From positions 67-64,066 of the forward strand of contig JBEAXK010000079.1 in NCBI GenBank assembly GCA_041159865.1: a stretch of 64,000 nt of DNA. The letters are read 5' to 3'. This document shows, piece by piece, positions 25,233 to 35,528 of this stretch. This DNA comes from Bacteroidota bacterium (lineage in GTDB: Bacteria; Bacteroidota; Bacteroidia; Chitinophagales; Saprospiraceae). The number at the start of each line of letters is the position of its first letter. Within the stretch, counting starts at the first letter, position 1. The translations under genes were made by a program, and so were the position numbers. Under the pieces are notes generated by a model, which saw only the letters and a program-made list of their open reading frames with translations, had not been told where the DNA came from and ran no database searches.

Positions 25233-28200
25233 TTAATTTTTTGATTTATAAGACTTTAGGTAGTTTTCTACTAAATTCTTATAATAGGGCTTTAAGGTTG
25301 GTGATACGGTCTGGTAGCTTTGTATCTCGGCTTTTCTTTGACGGATATATTCTTCTAATGCCGGGGGCATAGCGGAAGGTGTATTTTTAGCAATCTCCGC
25401 TTTCCTCTTTTCATCCTGGTCTTGTTGTCTTTCTGCTTTTTCAAATTCTAACATCCGGGTTAAAATTTGTTGCTGACGCTTTAAAAGTTCACCATTTAAT
25501 CTTTTATTTACTAAATCAATTTCTGATTTATTCATCTCTTCAATCATTTCCTGAATTTCCTTGTTGCCACCCTTTCCTTGTTGCTGCAATTTTCGTTGCT
25601 TTGCCTCCATAGCTTTTCGCAGTGCAGCCTGTTTTGCTGCCATTTCGGCAAAATCTTTCGCACTTGGACTTTTTCCTTCTTTTTGCTTGCCTTTCATTTG
25701 CTCATTTAACTTCTCCTGACCTTCCGACATCTGATCTTTGGGTTCCCCCTGACCTGGACTATTAGGATCGGCACACATTTGTTGACCCTTCATTTTTGAC
25801 GCCATTTGTTGCTGTAATTGCTCTAAACTTTCACTGAGCATTAAGGCTAAGTCATTTAAGCTTTTCATCGCTCTTTGTTGAAAATCGGCTGCTGTCGTTT
25901 TCTTTCTTTCCTCTAGCTGAATGATAGATTCTTTATAAGACCTGTTGATTTCAAGTACTTTATCGGTTACAAAACTTTCAAGTTGTATCATCCTTTTTGC
26001 TAAGGCTTGGAGCGTGTCCTCGGCAATTTTAAAATCATCCTTTAATTTATATTGCTTTTGAGTAAGCTGTACAAATCGGGGTGTGGATGGATCGGTTTTA
26101 TTGAAATCCGCAATCAAATCTTCCTGACTGAATGACAGAGATACCAGGTTTTCTAGCAGTTGCCTTAAAGTTTTCATGTCCATTTGCATTTGCTGCATCT
26201 GTCCGGCCTGCATCTGGCTTTGCATCTGATTGGCCATATCTTTCATTTTCTTTGCAGCATCCTTCTGATTTTTACTCGCTTTGTCATTCTTTTTTTGCTC
26301 CAGATTCTGCTGACTATCTTTCATATCGCGCTGGATGTCTTTGGCATCTTCTTTTTTATCATCCATTTTTTGAGGCTTCTCCAAAGCTTCATTTTTTCTG
26401 GCAATTTCATTTAATTTTTCTTCTACTTTCTTGAATTCTTCTTGCAAATCTTTTTGCTTTTCAATCAATTTTTCCTGGGTTTCTTTTTGTTTTTCTGTAG
26501 ATTCCTGTTGTTGATTGTTTTGATTAGCTTCTGTTTCTTTTTTTAATTCTTCTTGTTTATCGGATAATTTTTCAAGTTCTTTCACCGTCTCCGAAACTTC
26601 TTTTTCAATTTCTAGTTGCTTGAATAACTCAAGCATTCTGTCCATTTGTTTATTGACTTTATTATCATTCATTTCCATCTGCTCCATCATCTTTAAGGCT
26701 TCATCTTTGTTCAGTTCCTGCATCAGTTCCTGAATTTTTTCCATCAAAGATTTCATTTCATCGTTAACCACACTTTCCATCAACTCTTCCAGCTTTTCCT
26801 GTTTCTCTTTAACTTCCTCGCTTTTTTCTGAGAATTCTTCTTGATTTTTTTTGTTCTCTTCCATGGCCTTTTTTGCCTCTTCAACCAACTTTTCTAATGC
26901 TTTTTGCTGATCTAAAATTCGCTGAAGTTCTTTTCTGGATTGCCAGTCCATTTCTTTCTGTTGCAACAACTTTTCGCGCATTTTCTGTAACTGATCTTGA
27001 AGTTTTTTTGACTCTTTTGCCGCTTCAAGCATATTTTTTTGAATCAAATCTTCATTCAAATCCTCCAACTTTTTAAATTCCTCCATAGTGGGCATTTCAA
27101 AAGTCCATGAGGCCGATTTTGTTGATTTGCTTCCATTAACGGCATCATTATCAAATACTTCAAAATAATATTGAATGTTATCACCAGGCTGAATATCTAT
27201 GGTATTTAAATCAAAAGAATGACGAAAGGCTACGGGAGAACCTGCATTTTGTTTTATAATCTGATTTTTTTCCGTTATTAGTTTATCGCCACGAAATAAA
27301 GAATAGTGGAAATTTATTTTTTCAATGCCATAATCATCTGAGGCATCTCCTGCAAGAAATAGTAATTTATTATTGGTGCTGTCTATAAACCTTTCTGCGT
27401 CAATTTCAGGGTATTTATCAGGGATGATATTTAAGTTATACCGCACGGAATCACCTTTTGGCAAAGCTTTATTGCTGAAAAAAACCTGATACATATCATC
27501 CTTTAAGGCTTTTTTCTTAAAGGTGAAAAGATAGTCACTGAATCGTTTTGTTTCTGCTCTTTTATTTTCATTTTCAAAATAAAAAGAAATATTATCTGTA
27601 TGATTTGCGTCAAAAATCCAATCAATGATTGTACCCTGAGGAACAACTATATCGCCTGTGTTTTGAATAGTTTCATCCTTTCTGCTTGTATATGCAGGAT
27701 AATCTAACTTTATTTCAAAACCCTGAATGGCGGGCTTTGATAAAACATTCAAGGTAAAAGAGGGTGATTTGACTTCCGCACCCGTTATCCTGAATCGGGT
27801 GGTTTCTGCCACATTTTTGAATTGATAGGAAAACTGGTCAGGACCCTCTTTTTTAAGTCGGTAGGGGTATCCACCTATTTCTATAAATGCTTCTGCCGGA
27901 AGTTGGCTTCCTTCTACTTTTATATTTAAAACATAATCATTGTTTTGTAAAACTTCTAATTTTTCGTTACCTATAAGAAATTGAAATGGAGAAGGCTTAA
28001 TAAATTCCTTACCATTATAAATTAACCGCTCCGTGGAGTCTATAAGAAGACTTGGAGCTGCAAATAATAAAATTAAAAGTAATAATAAGGGGGGTAAAGC
28101 ATATCTTAAATATCGACGGTTTTGGTTTAGATTGATAGCCGACTTGAAAGGAACCAACTTGATTTCAGACGCCTTTTGATCTATGCCTGCCAATATTAAA

Positions 28201-28589
28201 TCTGGATTTTCTACATGAGTGGCTAATTGTCTTAATTGTAAAATATTAAGTAATTTATCCCCCACATCATTGAAGTGACTCCCTATAATATGAGCAGCTT
28301 GCTCATGAGAAATTAATTCTCCTAACCGGAAATACTTAGCAGATGGAACTATGACCCACTTAAATAAAGAGACACCGGAAATACCTAGGAAAGAAAAGAA
28401 AAGTGCTTTTCTTACCAGTGTCGGAAAGTAAAAATAATACTCAAGGGAATTAATTGCTAAAAAAAGAACTAAGATTAATCCGACACTATACAGAGATCCT
28501 TTTAGCAGTTGATTCAAATAAAATTTTCGGATAAACTGATCTAGTTTGTTAATCAGTATTTCATATTGTTCCTGGCTCGATGTATTCAT
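25233..28589 (-). CDS. Large membrane-anchored coiled-coil protein (DUF4175-like)
   Basis: 1118 aa with three to four N-terminal hydrophobic helices (residues ~30-190) and a beta-rich middle part. It then has a ~550-aa K/E/Q-rich low-complexity coiled-coil region that includes a Met/Gln-rich stretch (QMQSQMQAGQMQQMQMDM). The overall layout matches what I recall of DUF4175 proteins. Confidence 0.55.
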   Translation of the reverse strand: MNTSSQEQYEILINKLDQFIRKFYLNQLLKGSLYSVGLILVLFLAINSLEYYFYFPTLVRKALFFSFLGISGVSLFKWVIVPSAKYFRLGELISHEQAAHIIGSHFNDVGDKLLNILQLRQLATHVENPDLILAGIDQKASEIKLVPFKSAINLNQNRRYLRYALPPLLLLLILLFAAPSLLIDSTERLIYNGKEFIKPSPFQFLIGNEKLEVLQNNDYVLNIKVEGSQLPAEAFIEIGGYPYRLKKEGPDQFSYQFKNVAETTRFRITGAEVKSPSFTLNVLSKPAIQGFEIKLDYPAYTSRKDETIQNTGDIVVPQGTIIDWIFDANHTDNISFYFENENKRAETKRFSDYLFTFKKKALKDDMYQVFFSNKALPKGDSVRYNLNIIPDKYPEIDAERFIDSTNNKLLFLAGDASDDYGIEKINFHYSLFRGDKLITEKNQIIKQNAGSPVAFRHSFDLNTIDIQPGDNIQYYFEVFDNDAVNGSKSTKSASWTFEMPTMEEFKKLEDLNEDLIQKNMLEAAKESKKLQDQLQKMREKLLQQKEMDWQSRKELQRILDQQKALEKLVEEAKKAMEENKKNQEEFSEKSEEVKEKQEKLEELMESVVNDEMKSLMEKIQELMQELNKDEALKMMEQMEMNDNKVNKQMDRMLELFKQLEIEKEVSETVKELEKLSDKQEELKKETEANQNNQQQESTEKQKETQEKLIEKQKDLQEEFKKVEEKLNEIARKNEALEKPQKMDDKKEDAKDIQRDMKDSQQNLEQKKNDKASKNQKDAAKKMKDMANQMQSQMQAGQMQQMQMDMKTLRQLLENLVSLSFSQEDLIADFNKTDPSTPRFVQLTQKQYKLKDDFKIAEDTLQALAKRMIQLESFVTDKVLEINRSYKESIIQLEERKKTTAADFQQRAMKSLNDLALMLSESLEQLQQQMASKMKGQQMCADPNSPGQGEPKDQMSEGQEKLNEQMKGKQKEGKSPSAKDFAEMAAKQAALRKAMEAKQRKLQQQGKGGNKEIQEMIEEMNKSEIDLVNKRLNGELLKRQQQILTRMLEFEKAERQQDQDEKRKAEIAKNTPSAMPPALEEYIRQRKAEIQSYQTVSPTLKPYYKNLVENYLKSYKSKN

Positions 28590-28593
28590 TTAT

Positions 28594-31227
28594 TTATTCT
28601 TTTTCAACTAATTGAAGTTGGGGGTAAATATTTTTAAGTTCAGTTACTTGCTCTTTATTTATAACCTCTTCCATCCATCCGGATATTTCAGTTACCTTTT
28701 TTTCTAAGGCTTCTTTCTCAAGGGTATTCTTTGTTTTATTAGCTTCTTCCCGGTACAAATTTCTGAGATTATTCAACGTTGCCATTCCACCTAACCGCTT
28801 CCATGGTAACGAGTTGAGGTCTAAGATTATTTTGCGCAATTCATTGATTACTTCAGCTGTGTTTTCAGGTCCAGTGTACAAGCCATACATTAGAAAAGCC
28901 TCATAAAATGCAAGTATTTCAAAATCACTTATTTTGTTCAAACCTTCTTTGAAAAACGATAATTTACCAGATACTTTTTGGTTGGCATATATCATTCCCA
29001 CCGCGTTTAATATGGCTGGATGATTTTCTGTCTCCAGTTTTTGCGTGTAAACAGAGGTTTGAGGATTGTTTTTTTGAAATAATACTTGTAAAGCAGTGGC
29101 TATCGTCAAATAAGAAGAATCAGTGTCAATTACTTTTAAAGCAATTTCTTCAATGGCAGGCTCGTCCCAGTTCAATAATATTTCAATAGCAGCAGATCTG
29201 ACTTCACTGTGAGGATCATTCGTTGCCAGGTTGATTATAGTAGGAATAAGATTTTCTTGCTTCTCTTCAGGTAAAGAAACGAGTGCTTTTTTTCGAATTG
29301 CCCAGAATGAATCAGAAAGGGCCATGGGATAGATATCTTCAACTGATGCATCTGATTTTTCAGAAAGCCGGCTTAAAACATCCATTCTATCAATGACAGA
29401 GGGAGAATATTTAAACTGATTCACCAAATCTTTGCTTGTTTTATTATCTTTTATTTCAGCTGGTAAAACTCTTTGTGGATCAAATGATACCCAATCAGGT
29501 ACTGTTGATAAAGGAAAAACGAAATCCTGAGTACGTTTGTTTACCAGTATCTTTTTAATATGCAAAGAATCTCCGATTTGAATGCCTATGGAAGTCGGTA
29601 AAATAAAGATAGGAAGCATCCTGTCTGGGTGCTGAGTTTGTGTAACCTTTACAGTTAATTGTTTTAAAGAAGAATCATATTGATAATCTATATTTAAATC
29701 GGGGTGACCTTTTTCAAAATACCATTGATTAAAAAACCAGTTTAAATCTTTTCCTGTGATTTCTTCAAAGGCTAAGCGAAGATGGTGGGTTTCCACGGCT
29801 TGAAATGCATTTCTATTCAGATAACGGTTTAAGCTTTTGAAAAAAGCCTCATCACCCAGATAATTTCTTAAAACATGCAATACACTTCCTCCTTTATTAT
29901 AACTGTGTGCATCAAACATTTCTTCGTTATCCTGATATTGAAAATGGATTAAGGGATGAAGATTGGTAGAAACATCAGAAAAATAACCTTGCCATTCATT
30001 CATTAAGTGGAAATCAGCTTCTTCTTTACCATATTTATATTCAAACCATAAATATTCGCTGTAATTGGCAAAGCCTTCATTTAGGGTGAGGTTAGACCAA
30101 CTTTCACAGGTAACTAAATCGCCAAACCAATGGTGAAAAAGTTCATGGGCTACCGTTTTCTCATTATCTTTAACATCAATTAATTCCCGGCTTGTTTTTT
30201 GCATAAATTCCCCAAATACGGAGGCTGTTGTATTTTCCATTGCCCCCGAAACATAATCCCTCACCACAATTTGTGCATATTTTGACCAGGGATAGGGGTA
30301 ATCCAGTAGATTAGAAAAAAATTCCATCATTTCTTTGGTATGAGGAAAAATATTTTTTGCGTGAGCTTCATATTTTGGCTCAACATAATAGGAAAGTTCT
30401 ATTTTATTCCAATATTCTTTAGCTACCGCATACTTTCCTATGGCTATCATAGTTAAATAAGGGGCATGTGGCTGATCCATAACCCATCGGTCTGTTCTTA
30501 GCCCGTTTCCTGACCATTGAGATGAGACTAATTTGCCGTTGGAAAGGGTAACATAATTTGAATCAACCGTCAAATTTATTTCTTGAGTGGCCCTTTCATT
30601 AGGATGATCTATGGTTGGGTACCACCTTGAATTCCAGTTGGTTTCACCTTGAGTCCAGATCTGTTTGGGTTTGTCTGCTTCTATTCCTCTGGGATTAATA
30701 AAAAACAAACCTTTATTTGAGGTAATAGCGGCACTTCCTCCTGTTGCGGAGGGGTTGGCCTCGTAGGTAATTAGTACTTTAAAATCTTCATTTCTTGTAA
30801 AAGTTCTGCCTAAATAAAGATAAAGTTGATTTCCAGTATTTTCAAAAAGAATGGGAGTAGTTTGATTTTTAACTTGAAGTTGAATTTCTGAGATATCAAG
30901 TTGTTTGGCATCTAAAGTGACCATTTGAATGGTATCAAAATAGGGTTTTAGATGCAGCGTTGCACTTCCAGTCACTTTCTCATTTTCCCAGTCAAAGTTT
31001 AGAGACAGCAAGGTATGTAATAAATCAACTTTCCTTTCAACGGCAGCTTGGTACAAAGGGAGTACAAAATCTTCAGAACTTTTCAGAGCCGAAGGTTTTG
31101 GAGCATCTACAGTAAGGGTATCTAATTCTCTAAATTCAACGGGTTCGAAAGTAACCGGATTACTTTTTTTGTTTGAAAAACAAGAGATTAGTAAAAAAGA
31201 AAGAGTAATAAAAAAAATAAAACGCAT
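28594..31227 (-). CDS. M1-family zinc aminopeptidase (aminopeptidase N-like) lipoprotein with a HEAT-repeat tail
   Basis: Exopeptidase motif SGAMENT (GAMEN), zincin motif HELFHHWFGDLVT followed by NEGFANYSE (HExxH-x18-E), and lipobox FLLISCFS. Confidence 0.9.
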   Translation of the reverse strand: MRFIFFITLSFLLISCFSNKKSNPVTFEPVEFRELDTLTVDAPKPSALKSSEDFVLPLYQAAVERKVDLLHTLLSLNFDWENEKVTGSATLHLKPYFDTIQMVTLDAKQLDISEIQLQVKNQTTPILFENTGNQLYLYLGRTFTRNEDFKVLITYEANPSATGGSAAITSNKGLFFINPRGIEADKPKQIWTQGETNWNSRWYPTIDHPNERATQEINLTVDSNYVTLSNGKLVSSQWSGNGLRTDRWVMDQPHAPYLTMIAIGKYAVAKEYWNKIELSYYVEPKYEAHAKNIFPHTKEMMEFFSNLLDYPYPWSKYAQIVVRDYVSGAMENTTASVFGEFMQKTSRELIDVKDNEKTVAHELFHHWFGDLVTCESWSNLTLNEGFANYSEYLWFEYKYGKEEADFHLMNEWQGYFSDVSTNLHPLIHFQYQDNEEMFDAHSYNKGGSVLHVLRNYLGDEAFFKSLNRYLNRNAFQAVETHHLRLAFEEITGKDLNWFFNQWYFEKGHPDLNIDYQYDSSLKQLTVKVTQTQHPDRMLPIFILPTSIGIQIGDSLHIKKILVNKRTQDFVFPLSTVPDWVSFDPQRVLPAEIKDNKTSKDLVNQFKYSPSVIDRMDVLSRLSEKSDASVEDIYPMALSDSFWAIRKKALVSLPEEKQENLIPTIINLATNDPHSEVRSAAIEILLNWDEPAIEEIALKVIDTDSSYLTIATALQVLFQKNNPQTSVYTQKLETENHPAILNAVGMIYANQKVSGKLSFFKEGLNKISDFEILAFYEAFLMYGLYTGPENTAEVINELRKIILDLNSLPWKRLGGMATLNNLRNLYREEANKTKNTLEKEALEKKVTEISGWMEEVINKEQVTELKNIYPQLQLVEKE

Positions 31228-31242
31228 AACGACGACTGGTTT

Positions 31243-32016
31243 TTACCCACGGGAAAGTGCCAGCTTATTCAGGAAATCCGTCAGGTATTTATTAAATTCA
31301 ACAGGTTTTTCTAACATTGGAGCATGTCCACATTTGTCAATAAAAAATAAGGTTGATTCAGTCATTAACTCTTTGAATTTTTCACCTACAAATGGAGGGG
31401 TAATCGCATCCTGTTTTCCCCAGATGAGCAGCGTCGGAATTTTAATTTCTCCAAGTTTATCAGCCAGATTATGTCTAAGAGCTGATTTTGCCATGGAAAT
31501 GGCACGAATGACTTTACCCCGATCATTTACTGCCGCAAATACTTCGTCTATCATAGCATCTGAAGCAGAAGCAGGATCATAAAAGGTAGATTGTATTTTT
31601 TTTCTAATGTATTCTTTGTCTTCACGTCGTGGAAAAGTAGTTCCCATCGCCTTTTCATACAAACCGGAGCTTCCTGTTAAAATGATAGAAGAAATATGAT
31701 TTGGCTCTTTAAGGGCATACAAAAGGGCAATATGTCCACCAAGAGAGTTACCCAAAATATGAAATTTAGTTAATTTTTTAAACGCAACAAATTCAACCAA
31801 AAAGTCAACGAGCCCTGCCACAGATACATGTCTTAGAGGTAACTCAAAAACAGGCATAATAGGTGCGATAACATTATGAGATTTACCAAAATCTCTTAAC
31901 AGATATTGAAAATTATCTAAAGTTCCAAATAAACCATGCAATAATACAAGGGATTCTCCTTGACCTTTAGTCTCAACGAAGTGATATTTTCCTTCAGTTA
32001 TAATTGGATATTCCAT
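31243..32016 (-). CDS. Alpha/beta-fold hydrolase
   Basis: 257 aa with the oxyanion region LVLLHGLFG, the nucleophile elbow GNSLGG and a C-terminal His region (DKCGHAPMLEKP). Confidence 0.8.
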   Translation of the reverse strand: MEYPIITEGKYHFVETKGQGESLVLLHGLFGTLDNFQYLLRDFGKSHNVIAPIMPVFELPLRHVSVAGLVDFLVEFVAFKKLTKFHILGNSLGGHIALLYALKEPNHISSIILTGSSGLYEKAMGTTFPRREDKEYIRKKIQSTFYDPASASDAMIDEVFAAVNDRGKVIRAISMAKSALRHNLADKLGEIKIPTLLIWGKQDAITPPFVGEKFKELMTESTLFFIDKCGHAPMLEKPVEFNKYLTDFLNKLALSRG

Positions 32017-32273
32017 TTAACGGGTAAAACTTATGGTTAAAAATTTTAGGTTAAAAAAACCATTAATGAAATCAAATATAAGGGTTTTAATCGATTTAAG
32101 ATAAGAGATACTATTTAATGCCAAATTTAGTTTATTTAATTTAGGTTAAAATCTTTGTTTATTTGTATAATTATTCTTTCTTTTGCATTGGAACAAAAAA
32201 ATTCTAAGTGATTTAAAAATATAAATTGCTTGGAGTTTGTCTGGCATTTATGAAATTTTAAAATAGTAATCAC

Positions 32274-33044
32274 ATGCGTTTTTTAACTTACCTGCTTATC
32301 GTTGCTTTTGCTTTGGGATCTTTCCAGTCTTGTGTTTCAAAAAAGAAATATGATGATTTAGTAACCGGCAAATCAGCATCAGATGCAGCTTTGGCGGACA
32401 CTCAAAATAAGCTTAAAAAGCTTGAAGAAGATAAGAATGCCCTTGCTGCTCAATTCGAGTCTGAAAAGACTCGTATGAATGGTGAAATCGGTTCCATCAA
32501 AACAGAATTGAACAACACTAAGAGCCAGATTGCAAAAGTTCAGGAGAAACTGAATATGACATCTGCAGAATTAGAAAAGGTGAAAGCCGAAATTAATGGT
32601 GTGTTTGCTTCTTATGAAGGAAGTGGTTTAAAACTGGAAGAAAGAGATGGCCGTCTCTATGTTGTGACAAGTCCTGTGAATTACAAAAGTGGTTCATACA
32701 GATTGACACGCGCAGAACGCGATGCTATCAAAGGTTTGGCGGAATCTGTAAAGAAAAATCCAAATTTGAAGCTTTTAATTGAGGGCCATACGGATAACGC
32801 AAAAGTTAATCCTGGTTCTGCACTTCAGGACAATTGGCAACTTTCGACTTTACGTTCACTTGCAATCGTTCGTGAATTGGTTAAAAATGGCGTAAATCCT
32901 AATCAAGTTGCAGCTGTTGGTCGTGGGGAATCAATGCCTAAGTCAGCAAATAGCGACAAGGCTGGAAAAGCAGTAAACCGTCGCTCTGAAGTTGTTGTTG
33001 ATGTTCCTATGAAAGGAATTTTTGACGCAGCTAAAAAGAATTAA
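32274..33044 (+). CDS. OmpA-family peptidoglycan-binding lipoprotein with an N-terminal coiled coil
   Basis: Lipobox GSFQSCVS, coiled-coil segment (KLKKLEEDKNALAAQFESEKTRMNGE...), and OmpA_C motifs (IEGHTDN, NWQLSTLRSLAIVRELV, GRGESMP, NRRSEVVV). Confidence 0.85.
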   Translation: MRFLTYLLIVAFALGSFQSCVSKKKYDDLVTGKSASDAALADTQNKLKKLEEDKNALAAQFESEKTRMNGEIGSIKTELNNTKSQIAKVQEKLNMTSAELEKVKAEINGVFASYEGSGLKLEERDGRLYVVTSPVNYKSGSYRLTRAERDAIKGLAESVKKNPNLKLLIEGHTDNAKVNPGSALQDNWQLSTLRSLAIVRELVKNGVNPNQVAAVGRGESMPKSANSDKAGKAVNRRSEVVVDVPMKGIFDAAKKN

Positions 33045-33072
33045 TTCCTTGATTCTAATCAGATTTTAAATT

Positions 33073-33109
33073 AAAAAAGCCGATGGTTAACAATACTATC
33101 GGCTTTTTT
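33073..33109. terminator. Bidirectional rho-independent terminator between the OmpA-family gene and apaG
   Basis: aaaaaagccgat (33073-33084) / 13-nt loop / atcggctttttt (33098-33109). The stem is a perfect 12 bp with an A-run on one side and a T-run on the other. Confidence 0.7.
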
Positions 33110-33497
33110 AATTTAATAAATCTGGTGCAACCAGTAAAAACATGGGTATTTTAACATTGAAATATTCATCCGTTGAGGTGTTTAACATATAATACAACCC
33201 TTCCATTTTGCCAAAATTATTGGTCATAGATGACCAGCTAATGTATTGAAAGGTTCCTGAGGGCTTTATAATAGGTTGTTGGCCTAAAACACCCTCCCCC
33301 TTTATTTTCTTGATTAATCCATTTCCTTCCATGATTTTCCACGACCTCTTAAGGAGTTTTATGGGAAATTCACTTTTGTTTTCAATGGTAATTCTATAAG
33401 CATGCACATATTTGCCTTCCGTAGGTGCTGAATACTTTTCCTGATAGAAAGTATCAACACGGATTATGACTAAGGGTTGGTTACAACGTGTTTCCAT
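33108..33497 (-). CDS. apaG: ApaG (DUF525) protein
   Basis: 129 aa with the ApaG pattern ...YVHAYRITIENKSEFPIKLLKRSWKIMEGNG...GEGVLGQQPIIKPSGTFQYISWS....GKMEGLYYM....EYFNVKIPMFLL. Confidence 0.8.
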   Translation of the reverse strand: METRCNQPLVIIRVDTFYQEKYSAPTEGKYVHAYRITIENKSEFPIKLLKRSWKIMEGNGLIKKIKGEGVLGQQPIIKPSGTFQYISWSSMTNNFGKMEGLYYMLNTSTDEYFNVKIPMFLLVAPDLLN

Positions 33498-34099
33498 GTA
33501 CTATTTAACTGGGTCAAAAAATGATTCACTATGTTTGTAATCTGTTTCTGTGCATCTGCTAAACGGTCATTAACCAGGATATGTTCAAAAGAACTTGCGT
33601 AACTGGTTTCAAGTTCCGCCTTTAAAATTCTCTTTTGTAGACTTTCTTCCGTTTCTGTAGATCTCTGTTTAAGCCTTTCCCCTAAAATTTCAATGGAAGG
33701 TGCTTTGATGAAAATAGATAAGGATTGATGCTTAAATTTATTTTTCAATTCAATGGCTCCCTGCACATCCACATCGAATAACACAATATTACCTTTTTCC
33801 CATATTTTAGTAAGTTCAGAATATAATGTACCATAAAATTGACCAGGATAAACTTCTTCCCATTCAACTAATAATCCTTGATCTCTGAATGCAAAAAAAT
33901 GATCAACAGATATGAAATGATAATCTTTTCCATCTATTTCCGTAGGTCTTTGTGCTCTGGTAGTCGCTGAAATGGAAAAATTTAATTGAGGAAATGTAGC
34001 TAAAAGATATTTAACTAAAGTAGTTTTTCCAGATCCGGATGGAGCTGTAATGATAATGACTGGCCCAGAATAATCTGAATGTTGGCTTTCAAAGGACAT
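33470..34099 (-). CDS. gmk: Guanylate kinase
   Basis: P-loop APSGSGKTTL, SATTRAQRPTEIDGKDYHF (GMP-binding region) and EWEEVYPGQFYGT. It overlaps apaG by 28 nt and yicC by 11 nt. Confidence 0.9.
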   Translation of the reverse strand: MSFESQHSDYSGPVIIITAPSGSGKTTLVKYLLATFPQLNFSISATTRAQRPTEIDGKDYHFISVDHFFAFRDQGLLVEWEEVYPGQFYGTLYSELTKIWEKGNIVLFDVDVQGAIELKNKFKHQSLSIFIKAPSIEILGERLKQRSTETEESLQKRILKAELETSYASSFEHILVNDRLADAQKQITNIVNHFLTQLNSTWKHVVTNP

Positions 34100-34964
34100 T
34101 GGCTACCTGTTCTTTAATTTTTTCTAATTCATCTTTCATGGAAATAACAAGTTTTTGTATGTCCGCATGATTGGCTTTAGCCCCAAGCGTATTTATTTCC
34201 CTTCCTATTTCCTGAGAAATAAATCCTAGTTTTCGTCCTTTTGATTTTTCAGGCTTTGATAATTCATCTAAAAAGTAAGTGCAATTTTGGGCGAGCCTTA
34301 GTTTTTCTTCTGTAATATCCATTTTTTCTAAAAAGTATATAATTTCCTGTTCAAACCGATTCTCATCTACTTTTTCCCGACCTTCATATAAGGCAAGGTT
34401 TTCTCTTAATCTGTCCTTTACCCTCTGAATACGCTCTGGTTCAAAAAAGGGAACTTTTGCAAGCGATTCCTGAATATGTTGAATTCTAAGTTTCATGTCT
34501 GTTTCAATGGACTGTCCTTCTTTTTCCCGGTACCCATTTAATTCCTCCATGCAATGGTTAACAGTGCTTAATACTTCCTCCCATTCTTCCTCTGAAAATT
34601 CTTCTTCTCCTGTTTCTACAATATTAGGTAAACGTAAAATAGATTGAAATAAATCAACCTCCCCTAATCCTAAATCATTTTTGAGCTGGAGTAATTCTCG
34701 GTAATATTTTTCAAAAAGGATTTTGTTTATAAGATTTTGAGGTTCTTCTGACTCTGATTGTATTTCTAAAATCAAATCTATTTTGCCTCTTTCAAACTTT
34801 TCGCTCAGTATCTTCCTGATATCGGCTTCTTTGTTTCTATAATTTTGTGGCGTCTTAGTCCGTAAATCAAATGTTTTACTATTGAGAGATCTAATCTCAA
34901 CAATGATGGTTTTATGTTGCCAAGAATGTTTTGTCCGGCCAAATCCAGTCATTGATAGTAACAT
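34089..34964 (-). CDS. yicC: YicC/YloC-family stress-induced protein (endoribonuclease family)
   Basis: N-terminal SMTGFGR motif and C-terminal GRKLGFISQEIGREINTLGAKAN (the DUF1732 signature). 291 aa. Confidence 0.85.
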   Translation of the reverse strand: MLLSMTGFGRTKHSWQHKTIIVEIRSLNSKTFDLRTKTPQNYRNKEADIRKILSEKFERGKIDLILEIQSESEEPQNLINKILFEKYYRELLQLKNDLGLGEVDLFQSILRLPNIVETGEEEFSEEEWEEVLSTVNHCMEELNGYREKEGQSIETDMKLRIQHIQESLAKVPFFEPERIQRVKDRLRENLALYEGREKVDENRFEQEIIYFLEKMDITEEKLRLAQNCTYFLDELSKPEKSKGRKLGFISQEIGREINTLGAKANHADIQKLVISMKDELEKIKEQVANVL

Positions 34965-35187
34965 ACGCTATTTATTTGTTTTTAATTAAAATCAAAATAA
35001 AAGGGCTAAGGTAAGAAATAATAGAAGTAGATATTAATTTAATTACAATTCCAAGGATTTTATTTAAACTATATTTTTATTTAAAATATTATTACTTTTC
35101 CTTAAATAATTGGGAAATAAATACGACCTTTGCCTCTCAATTAAAAAAATATTTTTTTCACAATCCTTTCAAAACCAACAGATATCA

Positions 35188-35502
35188 ATGAGAAAAGCAG
35201 ATTTGGTAGTTTCCGTTTCTGAAAAGACAGGCGTTCCAAAAGTAGATGTTTTGGTCGCAATGGAAGCTTTCTTTAAAGAAGTTAAGATTTCACTGGCAGA
35301 AGGTGAGAATGTTTATATTCGTGGCTTTGGTAGCTTTATTATCAAAAAAAGAGCTAAGAAAATAGGCAGACATATTAAACGCAATGTTGCAATCGAAATT
35401 CCAGAACATTTCATCCCGGCATTTAAACCAGCAAAGGTTTTTGTTGAGCAAGTTAAAAATAATGTAACCTCATTGCCTTCCGATGAGGATATGGAAGATT
35501 AA
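35188..35502 (+). CDS. hup: HU/IHF-family DNA-binding protein
   Basis: MRKADLVVSVSEKTGVPKVDV....FF.EVK.SLAEGENVYIRGFGSFIIKKRAKKIGRHIKRNVAIEIPEHFIPAFKPAK is the classical HU fold signature. The ORF track starts at a TTG at 35110, but the ATG at 35188 gives the canonical N-terminus. Confidence 0.85.
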   Translation: MRKADLVVSVSEKTGVPKVDVLVAMEAFFKEVKISLAEGENVYIRGFGSFIIKKRAKKIGRHIKRNVAIEIPEHFIPAFKPAKVFVEQVKNNVTSLPSDEDMED

Positions 35503-35528
35503 TCATTTTTAGTATCCTTTCCAGCACT

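Noticed and set aside
26132-27076. Plus-strand ORFs 26132-26434, 26184-26414 and 26873-27076 inside the 1118-aa gene
   Set aside because: They lie antisense to the K/E/Q-rich low-complexity region. The complement of GAA/AAG/CAG-rich codons gives long open Phe/Leu/Ser-rich frames by chance. Their translations are low-complexity, with no start context or motif.
31169-31582. 137-aa plus-strand ORF spanning the aminopeptidase and hydrolase gene ends, and similar ORFs 35827-36309, 37380-37873, 38490-38940, 51417-52734, 56235-56435, 63340-63648
   Set aside because: All are antisense or out of frame within confidently assigned genes and lack motifs.
35110-35187. TTG-initiated N-terminal extension of the HU gene
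   Set aside because: The extension (MGNKYDLCLSIKKIFFSQSFQNQQIS) precedes an ATG that yields the canonical HU N-terminus, and HU proteins have no such leader.
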